Below, piece by piece: positions 57,573 to 64,000 of a DNA stretch of 64,000 nt (positions are counted from its first letter, which is position 1; every line of letters begins with the position of its first letter). The DNA is taken from the NCBI GenBank assembly GCA_023898465.1, contig CP060223.1, forward strand, positions 736,001-800,000. The letters are read 5' to 3'. Under the pieces are notes generated by a model. The model was not told the DNA's origin and made no database searches. It was given only the letters and a program-made list of their open reading frames with translations. This DNA comes from Candidatus Nomurabacteria bacterium (GTDB taxonomy: Bacteria > Patescibacteriota > Patescibacteriia > HK-STAS-PATE-3). Position numbers and translations under genes: made by a program.

Positions 57573-58711
57573 TTGGTGTTCTCTATTTGAGTAATATACA
57601 TGGAAATAATCGCCCGCTTACCTGGACGGACATTCTTAGCAATGTCGCGAAGGGATTCGATCAAGAATGTACGGGCTTCTCCTGGACGACGTAAACCTAC
57701 CTTGGGATCTTTAAAAATCTTATCCATTTTCTTGGCAAAGGCGTCATAGCGATTTACTTCGCGGATTGAGCGTTCGAGGGTATCGGCAACTTTTGTCTCT
57801 ATGCGAAGCTGCAACTCTTCTTCAAAGTCATCTTCACTCAATTCAACTGTTTTAGAACCATCACCAGACTCATATTCCACGTGATAGGTAAAGTCGGATA
57901 AATAATCAGTGCCTTGCTGCTCACTGAGCGTACGAAGTTGCGCTAAATACTCTAACGCCTTCTGCGTGCCAGTCTCCGACTCATCTGAGCCGAGTTGTTG
58001 TAATTTTTCTTGCGCAAGTTCACGCGCTCGTTCCATAATCGCCCGAGCAGGCTCTATAGCGTCCCAGATATCCTGTCGTATCTTTTGCACTTCTCGCAGC
58101 TCACCAAGAGGACCAAGTATCCTCTCTACTTTACGCAACTCTTTATCATAATCTTTTTCAACATTATGACGGGTAGCTAATTCTTCTTGAGCTATCTTCT
58201 GGTCTTCGCTAGGCTTAATAAAACGTCCAATAATAAACCAACGCTGTTTGCCTTGCTTTGCCGCTTCTTTGAGCAGCTTTTCTTTCTCTCGTAATTTTCT
58301 CTCACCGCCATGCTCGGCCAGCAGCGTTTCTACCTCTAGCTCCCTTTCCTCAATCATCTCCTTACTCTCTCTATACTGGCGAGCTTCATTCTGAATAGTA
58401 GCAAGTGCTTCTGGATTCTCGCGAACTTCTCGTTGGATATATTCATCAATTGCCGCAAACTCGGCGTCATCCATCTGAATATCAAGCTGCTTAGCTATCT
58501 CTTCCTTAAAAAGCTTTTTAATTTCAGGCCCTACGCTCTGAGCTAATTCAAATGCCTCATGTCGCTCCGCTAGCTGCTCAGGCCCTAAAGCATCGAAATC
58601 GAGGTCATCATCATAGCTATCTAAAAATTCAACGAACTTTGGATCGTTGAGATATTGCTCTGGACTGCCCCCCGCCTCGCGTGACATGTCGGAAAAATGT
58701 CCTTCACGCAT
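57569..58711 (-). CDS. Hypothetical acidic coiled-coil-rich protein
   Basis: 380 aa, E/K/L-rich. No recognised catalytic motif. Confidence 0.5.
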   Translation of the reverse strand: MREGHFSDMSREAGGSPEQYLNDPKFVEFLDSYDDDLDFDALGPEQLAERHEAFELAQSVGPEIKKLFKEEIAKQLDIQMDDAEFAAIDEYIQREVRENPEALATIQNEARQYRESKEMIEERELEVETLLAEHGGERKLREKEKLLKEAAKQGKQRWFIIGRFIKPSEDQKIAQEELATRHNVEKDYDKELRKVERILGPLGELREVQKIRQDIWDAIEPARAIMERARELAQEKLQQLGSDESETGTQKALEYLAQLRTLSEQQGTDYLSDFTYHVEYESGDGSKTVELSEDDFEEELQLRIETKVADTLERSIREVNRYDAFAKKMDKIFKDPKVGLRRPGEARTFLIESLRDIAKNVRPGKRAIISMYITQIENTK

Positions 58712-58808
58712 ATCAAAAAGCTAATTAACTGTTAGTGTTTTTGTATTTACATTGGTAGTATAGCAAAAAAATTGCTTTTTAGCAAGATTGTCGACTATTT
58801 ATTTATCC

Positions 58809-58841
58809 TTGACTTGACTTTATGCTGAGAATCCGTAGTAT
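58809..58841 (+). promoter_or_regulatory. Sigma-70-like promoter TTGACT-16-TAGTAT driving the tRNA-Met gene
   Basis: TTGACTTGACT followed by TAGTAT. The predicted TSS coincides with the mature tRNA 5' end. Confidence 0.55.
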
Positions 58842-58846
58842 GCACC

Positions 58847-58921
58847 TGCGGGGTGGAGCAATGGTAGCTCGGCGGGCTCATAATCCGCAGGTTGAGGGTT
58901 CAAGTCCCTCCCCCGCAACCA
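58847..58921 (+). tRNA. tRNA-Met (CAU), initiator-like (A11:U24, GGG in anticodon stem)
   Basis: TGCGGGG/CCCCGCA acceptor. Anticodon arm GCGGG-CTCATAA-TCCGC. 3' CCA encoded. Confidence 0.7.
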
Positions 58922-59133
58922 AGCGTCATCAAGTCCTTCATCCTACGTATTCCGACAAGTCGGACTACTTCGGATTACGGCCGTGTGCCGCTTTTCAGAC
59001 TCGCACTTAACCAAAAGGCCCAAGTGCTCGTCTGTGGAGATGCTTGAAAAGCTTCGAGAGACGGTATACACTGCTCATGCTTCATATTTATCGAACTGAA
59101 GAGCTGCGAAAAGTAAAAATGTAATTACGACGT

Positions 59134-59210
59134 GCCGGGGTAGCTCAGTTGGTTAGAGCGGAGGACTCATAAGCCTCAGGTCGGCGGTTCGATCCCGCCC
59201 CCCGGTACCA
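59134..59210 (+). tRNA. tRNA with CAU anticodon, elongator-type (Met or Ile2/lysidine)
   Basis: GCCGGGG acceptor. GCTC/GAGC D-stem (Y11:R24). Anticodon arm GAGGA-CTCATAA-GCCTC. CCA encoded. Confidence 0.7.
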
Positions 59211-59260
59211 AAAAAATGCCCACTGCTACCTACTGAGTAGTTTTAGATATTCTCATTAAT

Positions 59261-59740
59261 TTAACTTTCCCCAATTTCGCTTTTTCCTAACCAAGCGTCA
59301 ATCGTCCACTTCCATGATTTACGCCATACAAGGAAAATAGACAATACAATCAAACCTAAATCCTTTAAGAGCGCTTCAGTCGGTGTCGCTCCGATCGAGA
59401 AAGTACCAAAGCAACCACAATCGATGTCTGTGTTCCCTCGAGCAATATTAATACTAATGGCAATGATAAAGCTCAAGAGCATAAGCGTGAGCGCTCCAGC
59501 CGCCCATCGACGCCAAAATCCAGCCAACACAAAGAGACCGCCCAATAACTCAATCCACGGCGTCACCAATGCGAATATACTTACCATACCCTCGGGAAGT
59601 AATTCGTAGGTGCGAATCGCTGCCTCAAATTCCTCCACTGGCGCCATGAGCTTCCCAAGCGCGGCGTAAACAAAGATTCCACCGACCAGCAAGCGAGCAA
59701 GCCATTCTAAGGCAATCAGCCAGCGCTTAGTTGTTGGCAT
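59261..59740 (-). CDS. DoxX/MauE-family membrane protein with CGCFG motif (putative thiol-oxidoreductase partner)
   Basis: Four TM helices and a …IDCGCFGTF… motif characteristic of MauE/DoxX-like proteins. Start taken at the internal Met to avoid overlap with the downstream DsbA. Confidence 0.6.
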   Translation of the reverse strand: MPTTKRWLIALEWLARLLVGGIFVYAALGKLMAPVEEFEAAIRTYELLPEGMVSIFALVTPWIELLGGLFVLAGFWRRWAAGALTLMLLSFIIAISINIARGNTDIDCGCFGTFSIGATPTEALLKDLGLIVLSIFLVWRKSWKWTIDAWLGKSEIGES

Positions 59741-60527
59741 TGACCTCGGATTGGTCAGTCGATGCAGTAGCGTCCGCTTCGGCAATTGCGGCATCGATCA
59801 CGGACTTCCAATTATCAGTGGTCATACCACCGACACGTCGCTCTCCATTGATGAAGAAGGTAGGAGTAGAATTTACCTTACGAGCATTACCTTCCCCAAT
59901 ATCAGTATTTACCGCTTCTTTTTGCTCGGTATTATCTATACAGCTTTGAAAAGCTTCGGAATCAATCCCAAGGTCAGAAGCGTACTGCACAAAAGTGTCA
60001 GTAACGGTGGAGCCGCTTAATACTGACCAGCTCGCTTGCTCCTCAAAAAGTTTATCGTGATACTCCCAGAACTTACCTTGCGCGAATGCACATTGTGCCG
60101 CCTCTGCAGCTGCTCGTGCATTTTTGTGAATGGTAGTTAAGGGATAATCATTGTACACAAAGCGCACATCATTTGGATATGCCGCCAACACTTCAGGGAG
60201 ATTTGTATCTGCTGCCTTACAGGCTGGACACTGGAAATCTGAGTACTCTTCAATTAAGACCTTTGCGGTTTCAGGACCTCGGCTTGGGTCGTTATCGTTT
60301 GAGAAATCACCTGCTGTACTTGTATTGTCACTACCCTGGAAAGCCCAAATACCTCCTCCAACAACCACTACAAGAATGATGACAGTCCAAATAAGCTTTT
60401 TCATACGGGCTGACTGGGCACCTTTTTCTCGGTTTGCCATTTTTTCTTGGCGTCGTAATTCTCGTCGCTGTTTTTTGGTTAGCTGCTGTTCTGTATTATC
60501 GTTCATAGCTTTGTAGAAAAGTATCAA
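59727..60527 (-). CDS. DsbA-like thioredoxin-fold thiol:disulfide oxidoreductase, membrane-anchored (paralog 1)
   Basis: TM anchor. CxxC active site FQCPACK. C-terminal cis-Pro region …TPTFFING…. Confidence 0.7.
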   Translation of the reverse strand: MILFYKAMNDNTEQQLTKKQRRELRRQEKMANREKGAQSARMKKLIWTVIILVVVVGGGIWAFQGSDNTSTAGDFSNDNDPSRGPETAKVLIEEYSDFQCPACKAADTNLPEVLAAYPNDVRFVYNDYPLTTIHKNARAAAEAAQCAFAQGKFWEYHDKLFEEQASWSVLSGSTVTDTFVQYASDLGIDSEAFQSCIDNTEQKEAVNTDIGEGNARKVNSTPTFFINGERRVGGMTTDNWKSVIDAAIAEADATASTDQSEVNANN

Positions 60528-61170
60528 GTAGTCCTAAATCCCAGGTTAAAGTTTGCTCGCTTTGTCCGGGGATGGCAATAGTCAATTGTAAGGTTTTTGG
60601 ATTCACTTTATCGATATCCAATCCTTCTTCACTTGTCCGGGCAAAGGCTACTAAGCCAATACGTTGATTGACTTCAGAGGCTGGCAAGAGCACTGAGTTA
60701 GCCTCTGACCACTGCTGCACGGGATATACATTACCCTCATCATCACTTAAGCTAACAATTTCCTCAGGATCAAATTCAGAAAGTTCATCATCTGAACTAG
60801 CTAAGGTGAGGTAGAAGACGATTGTATCAGTATTTGGCTTCAGGATGGCTAAACGATCAGCAACTTCACCCTGATGCCCTGATTTGGTGGGAAGCGCCTC
60901 TAATGCACTAGCCAGCTCTGGGAAAAAATAGCTCGCTTCTACCAATATCTTTGCATTCGTATCACCACTCCGCCAGCCAGCATCAAAGTAATCAGTAAAG
61001 ACGCCTTCGGGGGAAGTATCGCTTGAGGTATTACTAAGGAGTGTAGTGTCGCTAATAGAACTCGATCCATGCGGCCAACTTAGCCACACTCCGAAGATAA
61101 TTACCACAATACCAAAAGCCCAGAACCACACGGGCAAACTGGGCTTTGGTGTAACTTTCTTACGTGGCAT
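60496..61170 (-). CDS. Hypothetical exported protein with N-terminal TM anchor (DUF4352-like beta-sandwich, tentative)
   Basis: 224 aa with a signal-anchor and S/T-rich linker. Confidence 0.45.
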   Translation of the reverse strand: MPRKKVTPKPSLPVWFWAFGIVVIIFGVWLSWPHGSSSISDTTLLSNTSSDTSPEGVFTDYFDAGWRSGDTNAKILVEASYFFPELASALEALPTKSGHQGEVADRLAILKPNTDTIVFYLTLASSDDELSEFDPEEIVSLSDDEGNVYPVQQWSEANSVLLPASEVNQRIGLVAFARTSEEGLDIDKVNPKTLQLTIAIPGQSEQTLTWDLGLLDTFLQSYER

Positions 61171-61184
61171 GCTGCCGAATCGTT

Positions 61185-61967
61185 CTAGAGTAACTGGTCA
61201 ATAACTGATTTGAAGCTGGCGTACGGAAGTGCGCCGCTAATCAATTGACCAGTAGTGACATCGTCACCCTGTAAGACAAAGGTGGCCGGAGTACCAGACA
61301 CACCAGCGAGTTCTCCTTCACTCATATCAGCCTGTACATCATCATCATACTTCTTGCTCTGGTAGCAATCATTAAACTTATCAACGTTTAGTCCGAGATC
61401 GCTCGCTACCTGACTGTAATAGGAGTCGCTCATTGAAGACTGCGTTGCGAATATCTTATCGCCAAACTCCCAAAACTTATCTTGCTCAGCAGCACATTCA
61501 GAAGCATTTGCCGCTGGTAGCGCTTGAGGGTGAATCGAAGTGAGTGGGAAATGTCGATACACTAGAGAAACAGTGTCAGGATTCTCATCAATAATTCGCT
61601 GCAAGGTTGGGTGAAGGTTGCTGCAGTATGGGCACTGGAAATCAGAGAACTCTACCAGTACTACTTTTGCTTTAGAAGGGTCAGCGCCAAGGTAATGATC
61701 ATCCTTGGTTGGCTTGCTAATAGCCGATGCGTTGCCGGTCGGGGCTGCAGCTGCAGAGGTGTTTGTATTTGCTGCGGCCACTGTATCGGTTCCCTTTACT
61801 GTTGCAGTTGAAGCGCCACCGCCAAACATAATAAAGCCCAGCGCAGTAAGTGCTACGCCAACAAAAAGACCCAACATAAATGTGGTCTTGGGAGGTGCAT
61901 CGAGGATGCCGGCTGGACGTGAGCCTTCACCCGATGGCACGTTACGAACTACTGGAGATGGTGTCAT
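61185..61967 (-). CDS. DsbA-like thiol:disulfide oxidoreductase, membrane-anchored (paralog 2)
   Basis: FQCPYCSNLHP CxxC motif. …TPATFVLQG…. Confidence 0.7.
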   Translation of the reverse strand: MTPSPVVRNVPSGEGSRPAGILDAPPKTTFMLGLFVGVALTALGFIMFGGGASTATVKGTDTVAAANTNTSAAAAPTGNASAISKPTKDDHYLGADPSKAKVVLVEFSDFQCPYCSNLHPTLQRIIDENPDTVSLVYRHFPLTSIHPQALPAANASECAAEQDKFWEFGDKIFATQSSMSDSYYSQVASDLGLNVDKFNDCYQSKKYDDDVQADMSEGELAGVSGTPATFVLQGDDVTTGQLISGALPYASFKSVIDQLL

Positions 61968-62043
61968 GTGCTCGAGAATTTAAGAAAAAAATGAAATGCC
62001 TAAGTGATGGATAGTATACGAATTTTGAGCCCGTATTGTCAAT

Positions 62044-62772
62044 TTACTCTAACAACCCTTCTATCAACTGCTGAAAAGTGGCAAAAGGTAGGGCCCCTTC
62101 AATTTTTCTTCCGTTTACAAAAAACGTAGGCGTGCCACGAACCCCTAAATCCAAGCCGTCGGAAAAATCGTCCAAAATTTCATTCTCATATTTGCCACTA
62201 GTTATACAACTCGTAAACTCATCTTCTTTCACTCCGGCTAATCTAGCCCAAGCCAGGATATTTTCCTGCGTCATTTCGTCTTGTCCAATAAACATACGAT
62301 CATGGAGCGACCAATATTGATTTGAGCCTTGTTCCCAAGCACACTGCCCTGCTTCAGCCGCAAATAACGCGAGTGGATGAGCCTCAGTAACTGGGTAATC
62401 ACGAAAGACAAAACGAATTTGCCCACTGTAGGTATTCATAAGCTGACGTACGGTTGGAAACACCTCCTTACAATAGGGGCATTGGTAATCTCCAAACTCA
62501 ACAATAGTTACTGCAGCATCAGCAGGACCGAGTGATGGATCATTTTCACCGACCAGTTGAGCATCGAGATTGCTATTTGTGTTTACTCCCTGATTTTGCT
62601 GGGTATTAAACGTAAAACTACTGGTATCGCTAGTGATAACCTTTTGCAAGGAATGAATAGTAAGCCCGACGTATCCGCCACTCAAAATAATGAAAAGCGC
62701 GCCAAGACCAAGTACCCATGGTTTCATATACCAAGGGCGACTTTTTTGTACATACGATGGCACGTCTTGCAT
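62044..62772 (-). CDS. DsbA-like thiol:disulfide oxidoreductase, membrane-anchored (paralog 3)
   Basis: YQCPYCKEVFP CxxC motif. …TPTFFVNG…. Confidence 0.7.
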   Translation of the reverse strand: MQDVPSYVQKSRPWYMKPWVLGLGALFIILSGGYVGLTIHSLQKVITSDTSSFTFNTQQNQGVNTNSNLDAQLVGENDPSLGPADAAVTIVEFGDYQCPYCKEVFPTVRQLMNTYSGQIRFVFRDYPVTEAHPLALFAAEAGQCAWEQGSNQYWSLHDRMFIGQDEMTQENILAWARLAGVKEDEFTSCITSGKYENEILDDFSDGLDLGVRGTPTFFVNGRKIEGALPFATFQQLIEGLLE

Positions 62773-62870
62773 GGGACTTCATCGTAGCAGAAAAAGCGCT
62801 ATGTAGCGAGAAAGTGAAACAACGGAAATTCACCTGCTACTTGCGCACTTGATGCTTGAATTTTCAGCGC

Positions 62871-64000
62871 CTACACAATAAGCAGTATCGAGATCGTGTA
62901 CATCAAGAGCAGAGAGTAGACAACAGTTGGATGATGCTGCACTCGGAATCGAATAAATACCATCAATGCGAGCGCAATGGTTAAGAAAATGAGGAAGGCA
63001 ACAAAGAAGCGCTGCGAGTATAAGACGATTTGAATAAGCGTGTCAGGAGTGATCAGACGGCTTGGCTCCAAAACCATTCGACCGAAGAATTCCGTAGTGA
63101 TAAGTGGAGCCTCGGTAATATTTTGCGCTGCGTCCTGCGCAATAACTGAAATAGCGCTATCAGCTTGAGCACTACCTCGTGTATCAATTTGACCGTAATA
63201 TCCGTCAACGCTCGGTTGGAGATTCGCTTCGATTCCTCCATAGCGAACTACTACATGCTCTGGGTCATTGGTGACTGTTGCAAAGACATCATAACCAGTC
63301 CGCGGTTCCCAGGATGGTAAGACGACAGATCGATCAAGGGCAATAAGTGGAGACTGGGTATCAATGGAAATAGTTACCGGCTCGGTGCTGCCACTCTCAA
63401 GTTGTGAGTCCGGATCAACCGCATAGGCAATTAAACTATGTGAACCGTCAAGCAAGGGCTCAGTCACATCACCTTCGTATTTACCCTCGGCATCAGCCTT
63501 TACCTCAAGTACCACTGTTTCACCATCTTGCACCTTTACGACAGCATTAGGACTGGTCACTCCGGCCACTCTCGGCTGCGCCACATTTAACAAGCTTTCC
63601 GGTTTTGGAAAAGCAATAGTCGGAGTAATTGGTGGCTCGGCCTTTACTACTGGCTGAGGTGTCGGCGTGCTAGGTGTAGTAGGAGTGCTGGGTTGTTGTA
63701 TGCTTGGTGTGCTTGAGGATTGCGAAGTTGCAGGTGCGGGCTCCGGTGCTGCGGCTACTTCTACCTGCAAAGGCGCGCCAAACATCTGTGCAACCACAAT
63801 AGTCTGTACACCATTTACTTCACCAGTGGAAACCGCAATACCAATCTCAGTGTAATTTGCATTCATGATATTTTTACGGTGCGAAGGACTTGCTAACCAG
63901 GCATCAACCAGCGTTTCGGCCGTTGAAAAATCCTTAGCTAAATTCTCACCAGCAAATTTATATGAATACCCTGCTCGCTTAAACCAGTCCCACGGGGTCA
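62871..64000 (-). CDS. CAP/SCP (PR-1-like) domain protein with P/T-rich linker, Ig-like region and C-terminal TM anchor; N-terminus runs off the window end
   Basis: The frame continues upstream of the listed Met as …SPSHRKNIMNANYTEIGIAVS…, the conserved CAP C-terminal motif (HR.NIL……Y.EIG). Partial gene. Confidence 0.55.
   Translation of the reverse strand, partial: TPWDWFKRAGYSYKFAGENLAKDFSTAETLVDAWLASPSHRKNIMNANYTEIGIAVSTGEVNGVQTIVVAQMFGAPLQVEVAAAPEPAPATSQSSSTPSIQQPSTPTTPSTPTPQPVVKAEPPITPTIAFPKPESLLNVAQPRVAGVTSPNAVVKVQDGETVVLEVKADAEGKYEGDVTEPLLDGSHSLIAYAVDPDSQLESGSTEPVTISIDTQSPLIALDRSVVLPSWEPRTGYDVFATVTNDPEHVVVRYGGIEANLQPSVDGYYGQIDTRGSAQADSAISVIAQDAAQNITEAPLITTEFFGRMVLEPSRLITPDTLIQIVLYSQRFFVAFLIFLTIALALMVFIRFRVQHHPTVVYSLLLMYTISILLIV

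Noticed and set aside
58822-59010. ORF 58822..59010 (+)
   Set aside because: Overlaps the tRNA-Met gene and its promoter. Almost certainly not coding.

Overview
This 64-kb window looks like a mostly housekeeping stretch of a small-genome bacterium, with a GC-richer accessory segment at its left edge. By inference it is Patescibacteria/CPR-like: giant Cys-rich surface protein, split ComEC, many membrane-anchored DsbA paralogs, LCP protein, class II RNR. Translation uses the standard code: UGA serves as a stop codon and RF2 carries the canonical UGA +1 frameshift site.

Recognisable core genes are prfB, htrA, nrdR-nrdJ-cobO, ftsA-ftsZ, dgkA, ybeY, rpsU, hisS, lepB, der, pth, mfd, dprA, topA, a relA/spoT homolog and parAB. 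RNA genes are an array of 7 tRNA genes at 40.3–41.4 kb plus Val, Leu and two CAU tRNAs elsewhere. No CRISPR array and no rRNA were seen.

Things worth a second look:
- The left 4.5 kb, visibly GC-richer by eye, carries a prepilin peptidase, a type IV pilin and four small mostly Cys-rich genes. Each is preceded by the same conserved leader module, which contains a two-family palindromic element (shared arms CTCTCCGCAG…CTCTGGAGAG, swappable inner hairpin).
- A solitary IS200/RayT-like HuH transposase sits at 36.1 kb, flanked by duplicated terminator–promoter modules.
- Several members of the tRNA array fold non-canonically by hand. One has a Cys-tRNA-like body with a UCA (UGA-reading) anticodon, even though UGA is a stop here.
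- A sigma-70-like promoter on the minus strand upstream of nrdR has two NrdR-box-like palindromes sitting in and just after it.
- The giant 1864-aa surface protein has two TM helices at its N-terminus that resemble a T4SS-pilin fold, and it is followed by two thrombospondin-type-3-repeat proteins.
- A MauE/DoxX-like CGCFG membrane protein is clustered with three DsbA paralogs.

All coordinates, motifs and folds come from manual reading; tRNA isotypes in particular need tRNAscan-SE/ARAGORN confirmation.
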